From contig PSRH01000195.1 of NCBI GenBank assembly GCA_003175915.1, positions 1 through 40,914 of the forward strand: a DNA stretch of 40,914 nucleotides, written 5' to 3'. Origin of the DNA: Candidatus Melainabacteria bacterium (lineage in GTDB: Bacteria; Cyanobacteriota; Vampirovibrionia; Obscuribacterales; Obscuribacteraceae). A program made the position numbers and the translations under genes. Positions 8,047 to 16,371 of this stretch are shown here, piece after piece. Within the stretch, counting starts at the first letter, position 1. Each line of letters opens with the position of its first letter. The notes beneath the pieces were generated by a model, which saw only the letters and a list, made by a program, of their open reading frames with translations, did not search any database and was not told the origin of the DNA.

Positions 8047-9050
8047 CGCCTCATGTATCGAGGCAAGGTTGCTTTAGCGCGGGCAGCGAAGTGGCGAGCA
8101 TCAGCAATTCTTGTAATGTATTGCCGACGGCTTTCCTGCATAACACTGAGGTAACCCCGCCAGAATTCTATATTGGCCAGATCTGAATGGGCCGATGAAG
8201 GCAAAAGGTTGCGAAGGGAGAATTGGGACAAGCGCAATGCTCCCCAGACGAGCCCATGCTCCCAGGCGAGACCGGCTCGTTCCCACAATCGCGGTGGTCT
8301 GGCAGCTTCGATCAAGGGCTCGAGGAAGGCGTGCACCATGCCTTGCGCGCGAGCAAGATTCTTGATGCTGGTAATGTTTGTGCGGGCATTGGCAATGTGG
8401 TGCTCTAAAACCAGATCATTTGTATAAAGCAACTTCCAACCGGCGAGAGTCAAAAACAAGGTCAGCTCCACGTCGCTACCTGGTCGACGTCCGGCAAAGC
8501 CTTCGGTTTCCGTAAAAATAAACCCGGTGTCTAGAATGTGTTGAACAGCCGCTTTCCGCAAAGTGAGCCCGGCGCTCCATAGCCATCCTTGTTCGCGGAA
8601 AACTTGCTCTCCGATAGCCAGTCTGAACTGCTGACGAGGAAACCATGGCGGTGGCTGCACGTCAAAGCTTGCCCTAGTGGCAACACCAAGGGCGGCAGCA
8701 TCAGGGTTACACTCCATGATCCCAAATACAGTCTCCACCCAATTAGCCGGCACCCAGTTATCGTCATCGACAAAACTTACGTAGGAATAGCGAGATGATT
8801 CAATGGCTTTCAGTCGTGCCTGACGAATGTTAGGTTGCGGTTCGGAGACTATTCTCAAATCAATTTTGTCAAACAGTTTCCAGAAGGTTTCAGCGACTCT
8901 AGCTGTTCCATCAGTTGAGCCGTTGTCAACGATAACAACTTCCCATGGTATTGCTGCACCGGCATTGGTGGCTAAATACTCGAGACATTTCTCTATGCGT
9001 GTGGAGCTGTTAAGCGTACATATTGCGCAACTTATTCCAGCCTTTGTCAC
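8043..9050 (-). CDS. Glycosyltransferase, GT-A fold (GT2-like)
   Basis: ISCAICTLNSSTRIEKCLEYL, VVIVDNGSTDGT and FVDDDNWV (DxD). GTG start is preceded by GGGGAAGG. Confidence 0.85.
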   Translation of the reverse strand: MTKAGISCAICTLNSSTRIEKCLEYLATNAGAAIPWEVVIVDNGSTDGTARVAETFWKLFDKIDLRIVSEPQPNIRQARLKAIESSRYSYVSFVDDDNWVPANWVETVFGIMECNPDAAALGVATRASFDVQPPPWFPRQQFRLAIGEQVFREQGWLWSAGLTLRKAAVQHILDTGFIFTETEGFAGRRPGSDVELTLFLTLAGWKLLYTNDLVLEHHIANARTNITSIKNLARAQGMVHAFLEPLIEAARPPRLWERAGLAWEHGLVWGALRLSQFSLRNLLPSSAHSDLANIEFWRGYLSVMQESRRQYITRIADARHFAARAKATLPRYMRR

Positions 9051-9105
9051 TAAGCGACCTTCCCCGGTTACCGGCTATGGCAGGACGACGATCGACGCCG
9101 CGGCC

Positions 9106-10917
9106 TTATGCTTCATGTGAACTTCCTGATCGACTGGCACCTTTTAAGGGCAAGGCAATCTTGCGACTTAAATCGGCACTCACCGACAGCTGGCGAAGCA
9201 CTTTGCCGCCGTAAGAACTGCCGCTGGGAGGCTCGAACTCGAAGGTATAGATGCCGGCGGGCAAGGTTACCTGGCAAACGCCGTCCTCTCCCGTGTGCAT
9301 CAAACAGTCGGTAGGATCGCTTAAACCATTACCACCCTCACCGTTACTCTTCATTCCGAGAGCGGCATAGCGGCTGGAATGCAATTTGCAGCGAGCAATC
9401 TTGACGCCGTCTTCCCCGGTCACCTCAAAATGTAATTGGCACCATCCCTGCCAGGTGATCTCAAAATTCGTATCGTCTTTTCCTATAGTAACTCGCTTAG
9501 CATTGGCATAGTCTCGATGAATGACCAACCAGTAAGTGCCCGGACAAAGGAAAAAACAATAGTTGCCGTCGTGGTCCGTGGTACCACTACTTATTGCTCT
9601 ACGGCTGTTTACCTGGCCCGGTTTAAAATCGGATTCCATGAAAATAGAGACTTTAATGCCGGCGCGCGGGTTGCCGGATTCGTCTTTCACCCGGCCAAAA
9701 AGCGCCACTCCCTCCTCAAGTTTGAAGGTTGCATCCGTATCGCCTCGGACAGCAACTACGCTCGTAAATGGTGCTAAGCCGGTATATTCAATGCCATTGA
9801 TCGTTTTAGTTGCGGAGTCCTTCGGATGGGCTAAGACAATGACGTGGTAGTCACCACCGGGCAGACTCAGCTCAATTCGTCCGCCAGGATCAGACTTAGC
9901 TATAAATTCCCGCTCCTGCTCGAAAGCGAGGACGCGCACCAGTGCGTCCGCGAGAACCTTGTCGTTGCAGACGACTTGTCCCTTTAATCGATAACCGGAC
10001 GGCAGGACAAATCTTTGAAAGCAATTCTCCTTAACCTGTACGTTCTTCTGAATTAGTCCAAAGAGAAGGCTTTCCTTGGGTGGTTCGATCGAAATATCGT
10101 AGGGGCCAGGCTCTAAATACAGCTTGAAGTTGCCTCGCCCATCGCTCTTGCTCTCAGCCAGCAAGGGAAACTCGTTGACGAAAGGATGCTCCGCCGTCGC
10201 TGCCGGCACGACCGTGATAAGAGCGCCTTCTAGCGGCTGTGGTCCACCAACCACCTCACCATTGAATCCGACAAGAGGCGGCAACACCAAATCAAACTGC
10301 GCATCGCTTTCGACATCCACCACTCCTTGCTTGATGGCCAGGCTGGGGATCAGTTCATCCGCATCGATTTCCACGCCTGAGTTTTGAATAGCAAGGCAAG
10401 CTTCTTCTAAATAATCCTTAGCCTGGGAAAGATAGGCAATCTGAAATTTGCCTGGCGGAACAACCAGGCTGTATTCACCATTGATCGACACAGGCCCGGC
10501 GGTCAGATAGAGAGCCGGTTCGATGCAAACTGCGATTACGGCACCACCTCTTAACGGTCTGCCATCACTGCGAAAAGCTTTGCCTGACAGAAGCAAACCC
10601 GTGTTGAGATTGACGATAGAAGAGTTATTCGCCACCAAAACAGGTATTTCTTTCACTGCATGTTTTAAGAAGCGGGTAGACTCATCAGGAATTGCTTCCA
10701 GACGATAAGTGCCAGGGCGGACCGCAAAGGCGAACTCGCCCTTTGCATTTGTCTTAAGTTGCCCGACAGGATTGGCGTTTCTGCCTGCGACACTTAAGTG
10801 TGGCAGCTCATTAGTTTCGTCAAAGGCATCGAAGATCGATACGCTTACGCCAGCCACGGGCAGTCCGTGGTGCCGAACGACTCCAGACAAGCGGTATGAA
10901 ACTTCGCCAGTTGTCAT
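9106..10917 (-). CDS. Protein of six tandem carboxypeptidase-regulatory-like (transthyretin-fold) domains, no signal peptide
   Basis: Six modules each end in a PGxY/F-hydrophobic motif: RPGTYRLEAIP, PPGKFQIAYL, EPGPYDISIEPP, PGGDYHVIVLAHP, CPGTYWLVIHRD, PAGIYTFEFEPP. Each is preceded by a G.V......P..ga.v strand. SD AAAGGGGA lies upstream of ATG 10917. Confidence 0.7.
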   Translation of the reverse strand: MTTGEVSYRLSGVVRHHGLPVAGVSVSIFDAFDETNELPHLSVAGRNANPVGQLKTNAKGEFAFAVRPGTYRLEAIPDESTRFLKHAVKEIPVLVANNSSIVNLNTGLLLSGKAFRSDGRPLRGGAVIAVCIEPALYLTAGPVSINGEYSLVVPPGKFQIAYLSQAKDYLEEACLAIQNSGVEIDADELIPSLAIKQGVVDVESDAQFDLVLPPLVGFNGEVVGGPQPLEGALITVVPAATAEHPFVNEFPLLAESKSDGRGNFKLYLEPGPYDISIEPPKESLLFGLIQKNVQVKENCFQRFVLPSGYRLKGQVVCNDKVLADALVRVLAFEQEREFIAKSDPGGRIELSLPGGDYHVIVLAHPKDSATKTINGIEYTGLAPFTSVVAVRGDTDATFKLEEGVALFGRVKDESGNPRAGIKVSIFMESDFKPGQVNSRRAISSGTTDHDGNYCFFLCPGTYWLVIHRDYANAKRVTIGKDDTNFEITWQGWCQLHFEVTGEDGVKIARCKLHSSRYAALGMKSNGEGGNGLSDPTDCLMHTGEDGVCQVTLPAGIYTFEFEPPSGSSYGGKVLRQLSVSADLSRKIALPLKGASRSGSSHEA

Positions 10918-10995
10918 TTACATCCCCTTTAGATCAAATCTGACAACGACTGTGATTTTAACCGCTTTAGCCGAAACGGCCACACTGACTCGCCT

Positions 10996-12324
10996 TCAAA
11001 TTTGCTTCAGCCCGTCTTCCACGGTCTGCCAGCCCAACTTCGTCACCACCGCCTTGACCGTGGCAAAAGAGCCGGTAACGACGATTTGCTGCGAGCCTTG
11101 GCGCCTTTTTTCCGCTTCCTCAAAGGCCTCGGCGATCGTATCGTGGATGCTGGCCCTGGCGCCCAGGCGTTCGGCGCATTTGGCCAGGGCGGCTTTCGGA
11201 TAGCTGGCTCGGGGGAAATCGGCCTGGCTGGCGTAAACAATGTCGCCCGGCCTAAGCAAGGACTCGAGCATGGCAGCACCGTCTTTGTTGGCATAGCAAG
11301 CAAAGACAAAATGCATTTTCTCTTGAGGAAATGTTTGATCGAGGCTCGATCGTAGTGCTTTTGCTCCGGCGAGATTGTGAGCTCCTTCCAGAATCACACC
11401 TTGCCGTGGCAAGATCTGAAAGCGAGCCGGCCAATAAACATCTTTCAAACCCTCCCGAATTGCTGGCAATGAGAGGGTGCCACCATAGCTTCTATCTTTT
11501 AAGAAGTGGGCGCTCTTTAGCATCTCGATAGCGACGGTGACGTTGTCACGCTGGTAAGACCCCCTCATCCGGTTGTCGCCGGTGCCCAACAATATTTCCG
11601 CGCAGGATATGCTCGAGTGATCGTCGACCTGAATTTCTCCTGCTGAGGATTTGTGACAATCAACACAGGGTGCGTTTAGTTCTTTCGCCCTCGCTTGAAT
11701 TATGGCAAGAGCTGGTGGTTCGGCTGAAGTAACAACGGGCGTTTTCGCCTTGATGATGCCTGCTTTCTCAAAGGCAATTTCTTCGATTGTCTCTCCTAGA
11801 ATCTGCATATGATCAAGAGAAACGTTGGTAATGCCTGTTGCCATCGGTTCGGCAATGACGTTGGTGGCATCGAAGCGCCCCCCCAATCCGACCTCATAAA
11901 CTGCTACATCAACATTCTCCTCGGCAAAGAAGATGAATGCCAGGGCTGTGAGAAATTCGAACCAGGTTAAAGGTCCGATGGCAGGATTATTTTTCCCGAA
12001 CTTTTCAGACGCTTCCCTCAATGCTGTGGCGCGGCGGGCAAATTCACTATCGCTTATTGGCTTTCCATCAATATGAAAACGTTCATTCCAGCGAAGCAGA
12101 TGGGGGCCGGTAAAGCGTGCCACCTTTAAATTTCCCTTTCGAAGTATGCTGTCCAGCATGGCAACTGTCGAACCCTTGCCATTCGTCCCCCCGATGTGAA
12201 GTGCCTTGATGGCATTCTGCGGTGAGCCAATCTCGCTTAGGAATGCCTCTATGCGCCGCAAGCTTGGCCGCTCCAGGGTTGGGGACAGGCTTTCAATGTA
12301 AGCGACGGTTTCTTGATAATTCAT
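10996..12324 (-). CDS. folC: Folylpolyglutamate synthase / dihydrofolate synthase
   Basis: Mur-ligase P-loop HIGGTNGKGST, EVGLGGRFDATN, and FolC-type N-terminus YQETVAYIESL. Confidence 0.9.
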   Translation of the reverse strand: MNYQETVAYIESLSPTLERPSLRRIEAFLSEIGSPQNAIKALHIGGTNGKGSTVAMLDSILRKGNLKVARFTGPHLLRWNERFHIDGKPISDSEFARRATALREASEKFGKNNPAIGPLTWFEFLTALAFIFFAEENVDVAVYEVGLGGRFDATNVIAEPMATGITNVSLDHMQILGETIEEIAFEKAGIIKAKTPVVTSAEPPALAIIQARAKELNAPCVDCHKSSAGEIQVDDHSSISCAEILLGTGDNRMRGSYQRDNVTVAIEMLKSAHFLKDRSYGGTLSLPAIREGLKDVYWPARFQILPRQGVILEGAHNLAGAKALRSSLDQTFPQEKMHFVFACYANKDGAAMLESLLRPGDIVYASQADFPRASYPKAALAKCAERLGARASIHDTIAEAFEEAEKRRQGSQQIVVTGSFATVKAVVTKLGWQTVEDGLKQI

Positions 12325-12366
12325 AAGCTGTTAAAATCTCGTCGATCAATCAAAGAGGAGTTAGCA

Positions 12367-12906
12367 TTGGCGCTCTTTACCAAGAAGCACAAGATCTCCA
12401 GCCGACGCATTCATGAAGGTAGCATAATCAATCTGAGGATCGATCAGCTTCGCTTAGAAGATGGCAACACAACTACTCGAGAAGTAATAGAACATCCAGG
12501 CGGTGTTGTCGTCATCTGTCAGCCCAAACCTGATCAAGTCGTTCTGATTAAGCAATACCGTTACTCCCTGGATCGCGAACTGATTGAGTTGCCGGCCGGT
12601 CGCATAGACAACGGCGAAGAACCAATAGAGGCAGCCAAGCGAGAACTTATAGAAGAAACCGGCTACCAGGCGAAAAAATGGCAGTCCAAGGGCGTATTCG
12701 CAACCGCTCCTGGATTTTGTAACGAACTCCTCCACCTTTTTCTGGCTAGCGACGTTGCCGTTGTTGAGAGACAATTAGATGACGATGAAGAAATAGAAGT
12801 AATCACTCTACCTATCAAGCAAGCTTGGGCGCTAGCAACCTCAGGCGAGATGATCGACACAAAAACAATTGCCGCCCTGGCTTTAATCCTGCAAGAGCAA
12901 GCCTGA
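12367..12906 (+). CDS. nudF: Nudix hydrolase, ADP-ribose pyrophosphatase-like
   Basis: Nudix box GRIDNGEEPIEAAKRELIEETGY. TTG 12367 is preceded by AGAGGAG at 6 nt. The ORF-track start 12313 would overlap the divergent folC start and is rejected. Confidence 0.8.
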   Translation: MALFTKKHKISSRRIHEGSIINLRIDQLRLEDGNTTTREVIEHPGGVVVICQPKPDQVVLIKQYRYSLDRELIELPAGRIDNGEEPIEAAKRELIEETGYQAKKWQSKGVFATAPGFCNELLHLFLASDVAVVERQLDDDEEIEVITLPIKQAWALATSGEMIDTKTIAALALILQEQA

Positions 12907-12992
12907 GGTGGGGGCTCTTCAGCAATTGAGAAATTGATTCGGCTAATGATATGATCCTATGCCTGGAAATTCTCTAAGGTTTGGAAAGAACT

Positions 12993-13241
12993 ATGGCCAA
13001 GCAAAAACCGGTTCAAAGCGGAATGGGATTGCCAACGGCAGCTCTGCTCCTTATGGCATTTTTGGGAGCCATAGTGGTCGGCAGCAGTTTCGCAGTCATC
13101 AAGTACTGGCCACTGCCAGTTAGCATCACGCCTTACATGGGCTTCAGTGGCGGCTTCTGGTGGGGATTAGTTGTCGGCGCCATCTCCGGTCTGGTCCTGG
13201 GCTTTCTTGTCGACGACCATAATCTTGTCAAACCGAAATAG
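12993..13241 (+). CDS. Small two-TM membrane protein
   Basis: ATG 12993 follows AAGG/GGAAAG. Two hydrophobic helices: LPTAALLLMAFLGAIVVGSSFAVI and FWWGLVVGAISGLVLGFLV. Confidence 0.5.
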   Translation: MAKQKPVQSGMGLPTAALLLMAFLGAIVVGSSFAVIKYWPLPVSITPYMGFSGGFWWGLVVGAISGLVLGFLVDDHNLVKPK

Positions 13242-13284
13242 GGCCGGACGCGCCGGTTGTAATTTGCTTCCTCGTGATCGGCAT

Positions 13285-13353
13285 CGAAGGTCCTGCCTTC
13301 GTGGGGGCGGCTTCAGCCGCCCGTATCCCGAAACAGCGGGACGCTAAAGCGTC
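13285..13353. other. Cluster of short GC-rich stem-loops in a convergent intergenic spacer
   Basis: CGAAGG-tcctg-CCTTCG (13285-13301), GGGCGGC-ttca-GCCGCCC (13305-13322), CCCG-aaacag-CGGG (13327-13340), GACGC-taaa-GCGTC (13340-13353). None is followed by a U-tract. Confidence 0.4.
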
Positions 13354-13380
13354 GCCTACACGCGGATCTCGATTAACAAT

Positions 13381-13400
13381 TGATACCGTATTCGGTATCA
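13381..13400 (-). terminator. Possible terminator hairpin overlapping the stop codon of the SpoU gene
   Basis: TGATACCG-tatt-CGGTATCA is an 8-bp perfect stem. On the minus strand it begins with the TGA stop and is followed by ATTGTTAAT, a weak U-tract. Confidence 0.35.
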
Positions 13401-14069
13401 CAAGAATAACTCCAAAAGATAGGCGGCGATACCGAAGGCAACGCTGACGTTGAGCGATTCTTTGCATCCTTTCATGGGCAGGTGACAAACCTGGTCGCAG
13501 TGAGCCAGCACTTCCGGAGAGACACCGGTAATTTCGTTGCCAACAACAAAGCAGAGCGGTTTGCTAATCGTTCCTTCAGCAAGTAAGTCGGGCAGCGGCC
13601 TGGACTTATCCGTCTTTTCCAGAGCCAAAACAGTCACCCCTCTGCGCTTAAGAGAGATGATAATATCCAAAGGATGGGCGAAATATTCCCAGGTAACACT
13701 ATTTTCCGCTCCCAGACTAGTTTTGGCGATTTCTTTCCGGGGTGGACAGCCGGTTATACCGCAGAGGTAGAGCTGAGAAATGCCGGCAGCGTCCGCGGTA
13801 CGAAAAATTGAGCCGACATTCATGAGGCTGCGAATATCTTCAATGATGGCACTCAAAGGACCTATGGGCTCGACAGTATCGGGAGCGAAGTGAACCTGCC
13901 CATGCTTTTGCCGAACGATCACATTGGCCAGCAATTTTCGCCAGATTTTGGAAGACCTGAGCGTACCCAGGCGACCACAGTGAGTACACTTTGCCACTCT
14001 TGCCGACGGATCATTCCGGTCGGTGCGGTAGATTAAGCGGCAGTCGGGATAGGGACAAAGGGCAAGCAT
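13398..14069 (-). CDS. SpoU/TrmH-family RNA 2'-O-methyltransferase with N-terminal zinc-ribbon
   Basis: SpoU motifs NVGSIFRTADAAG, FVVGNEITGVS and LPMKGCKESLNVSVAFGIAAY. N-terminal CPYPDC...CTHC forms a four-Cys cluster. Confidence 0.85.
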   Translation of the reverse strand: MLALCPYPDCRLIYRTDRNDPSARVAKCTHCGRLGTLRSSKIWRKLLANVIVRQKHGQVHFAPDTVEPIGPLSAIIEDIRSLMNVGSIFRTADAAGISQLYLCGITGCPPRKEIAKTSLGAENSVTWEYFAHPLDIIISLKRRGVTVLALEKTDKSRPLPDLLAEGTISKPLCFVVGNEITGVSPEVLAHCDQVCHLPMKGCKESLNVSVAFGIAAYLLELFL

Positions 14070-14256
14070 GAGGTGGTCGATTGGTTCGGCTCTATAAAAG
14101 AATCATTGTCTGGGAATATCGGATCAATCGGCAGGCGGACTAGTGAAATACATAGGATAAAATTGCTTAGATTTCTTCCACTACTTTAGTGATTTTTCTC
14201 AGGCTCGGGAAGAAACTAATCAATACCTTTTGGATCAACTGCCCTTTCAAATCAAA

Positions 14257-16044
14257 ATGCAAACTGAATCAAAACGAATAGAAGGAAGCCAGGCTGCTCC
14301 AGCGCGCCTCAGAGCCGGGAAAGAAATTGTCAAGAAACCGGGCCTGGCGCCCAATTTAAGCACGTATGAACAAGTCTACCGAAGCTTCGATTGGCAAGAA
14401 GCCAAAAAGGAAATAGATTACTTGAGCGGCGGCAAGCTGAACGCCGCCTACAATGCGCTTGATCGACAACTTACCAACGGACGCCGCAATAAGGTGGCGC
14501 TCTATGCCGTAGATGCGCATGAACACTTAAGAAAATATACCTTCCAGGAATTGGCCGATATGACCAATCGACTGGGCAATGCTTTGAGAAGCCTGGGCGT
14601 CAATCGGGGAGATCGCGTCTTTGTCTACTTGCCGCGCATACCAGAACTCTATGCCGCCACCCTGGCGATTGCCAAGCTGGGCGCCGTAGTGGGACCACTA
14701 TTTTCCGCTTTCGGTCCAGACGCACTCAGGGACAGGCTGCTTGACAGCGAGGCAAAGATTGTCATTACGGACCGCTCCCTGAAATCCAAGATCGATGAAG
14801 TGCGGCAGCAGCTACCCGATCTTGAACATGTGATCATAGTCGGCGCCGATCCCCAGGCGCTCCGTCAGGGAGAAATAAGCTACGAAAAGCTTGTCGAGCA
14901 GGCCTCCGACATTCTCGAGTGCCAGGCGATGGATCCGGAAGAACCTTTGTATATGCTCTATACCTCGGGTACTACCGGCAAACCAAAGGGTGTCGTCCAT
15001 GTCCACAATGACATTATTGGCCAACACATGACATCAAAATGGGTGCTTGATCTGAAAGAAGACGACATCTATTGGTGCACGGCCGATCCCGGTTGGGTGA
15101 CTGGCACCGTATATAGTATCTTCGGTCCATGGTCCAATGGTGCCTCCGTAGTTGCCTATGAAGGTCGCTTCGAAGCGAGCAACTGGTATCATCTCATTCA
15201 GAGACTGAAGATAACGGTTTGGTATACGGCGCCCACAGCTTTGAGAATGCTGATGAAAGCCGGCGATCAAATGGTTTATAAGCACAACCTCGACAGCCTC
15301 CGCCACATTCTCAGTGTCGGTGAACCGCTCAATCCCGAGGTTGTCCGCTGGGGCATGAAAGTATTCGGACTACCGATTCACGATAACTGGTGGCAAACCG
15401 AAACGGGAATGCAGCTAATCGCCAATCTCCCTTGTTTAGCGGTGAAACCGGGATCAATGGGCAAACCTCTGCCCGGTGTCCAGGCAGCCATCGTCAACGA
15501 TGAAGGGGTAGAAGTACAGACCGGACAACTGGGCAGACTGGCGATCAAACCTGGTTGGCCGTCCATGCTCAGGGCAATCTGGCGCAACGAGGAGAAATTT
15601 CAGGAATACTTCCGGATTCCAGGCTGGTACACCACCGGTGACAACGCCTGGAAAGACGAGGATGGTTACTTCTGGTTTGTCGGGCGAGCCGACGACGTGA
15701 TCAATACCGGCGGACACCGCGTCGGACCGTTCGAGGTGGAGTCGGCGCTGGTAGAGCACCCGGCTGTCGCCGAGGCAGGCGTGATCGGCAAACCGGATCC
15801 GGAACGCGGTGAGATTATCAAAGCCTTCGTTATTCTCAATAATGGCTTCACCTCTTCTCAATCGCTGATTGAGGAGCTGCAAGAGTTCACCAAAATGAAA
15901 CTGGCCCTGCACGCCTATCCTAGAGAAATCGAAATAAAAGAGACCCTCCCTAAGACGCGCTCAGGCAAAATCATGCGCCGTCTTCTCAAAGCCTGGGAGC
16001 TTGGCCTGCCGACTGGAGACACCTCTTCGCTGGAAGATGATTAG
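14257..16044 (+). CDS. acsA: Acetyl-CoA synthetase (AMP-forming, Bacillus AcsA type)
   Basis: YTSGTTGKPKGV, GWYTTGD and PKTRSGKIMRR. N-terminal NLSTYEQVYRSFDWQEA...GKLNAAYNALDR matches the AcsA-type N-terminus. ATG 14257 is preferred over TTG 14230. Confidence 0.9.
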   Translation: MQTESKRIEGSQAAPARLRAGKEIVKKPGLAPNLSTYEQVYRSFDWQEAKKEIDYLSGGKLNAAYNALDRQLTNGRRNKVALYAVDAHEHLRKYTFQELADMTNRLGNALRSLGVNRGDRVFVYLPRIPELYAATLAIAKLGAVVGPLFSAFGPDALRDRLLDSEAKIVITDRSLKSKIDEVRQQLPDLEHVIIVGADPQALRQGEISYEKLVEQASDILECQAMDPEEPLYMLYTSGTTGKPKGVVHVHNDIIGQHMTSKWVLDLKEDDIYWCTADPGWVTGTVYSIFGPWSNGASVVAYEGRFEASNWYHLIQRLKITVWYTAPTALRMLMKAGDQMVYKHNLDSLRHILSVGEPLNPEVVRWGMKVFGLPIHDNWWQTETGMQLIANLPCLAVKPGSMGKPLPGVQAAIVNDEGVEVQTGQLGRLAIKPGWPSMLRAIWRNEEKFQEYFRIPGWYTTGDNAWKDEDGYFWFVGRADDVINTGGHRVGPFEVESALVEHPAVAEAGVIGKPDPERGEIIKAFVILNNGFTSSQSLIEELQEFTKMKLALHAYPREIEIKETLPKTRSGKIMRRLLKAWELGLPTGDTSSLEDD

Positions 16045-16371
16045 TTAGGTAGCTGACAGTTCCCCTTCCAATAGAGGCGACACCCTCATGGGCAGCGTTT
16101 GGCAATGGGCGAGGGCGCCTTCTACTTTTGCCAATTGGCAACGAGCTTCTGGCATTTTTTATTATGGAGCTCAAGCTCAGCCCAGCTTGGCATCCGAGAA
16201 CTCTCGAGAAGCGGCTGTCTGACGGAAACGGCAAAATTTAATCAATCTCTCTTCAAGGCGGGTGGACAGACGAAGATATTGGTGATAATTCTGTAATCAG
16301 GTTACTAAGATCTCGTTAATGTATTTTCTGACCACGTCTATTCAGTAGAGCGTGCGCAGATTGGTATTGGC

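Noticed and set aside
10709-11355. Plus-strand ORFs (10709..11203, 11002..11355) antisense to folC and the six-module protein
   Set aside because: These are shadow ORFs inside strongly supported genes. Their Ala/Arg/Pro-rich translations are typical of antisense frames.
12313-12366. ORF-track TTG start of the Nudix gene at 12313
   Set aside because: It would overlap the divergent folC start codon region and lacks an SD. TTG 12367 has an AGAGGAG SD and gives a normal NudF-like N-terminus.
13242-13397. Possible tRNA, SRP RNA or other known small RNA in the hairpin-rich spacer
   Set aside because: There is no cloverleaf with a T-loop GTTCRANNC or an anticodon arm. No SRP domain-IV GGAA tetraloop motif is present on either strand.
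16099-16160. Sigma54-type promoter (TGGCAC-N5-TTGC) among the TTGGCAA/TGGCA repeats
   Set aside because: The -12 element is missing (TTCT instead of TTGC), and the spacing does not fit GG-N10-GC.
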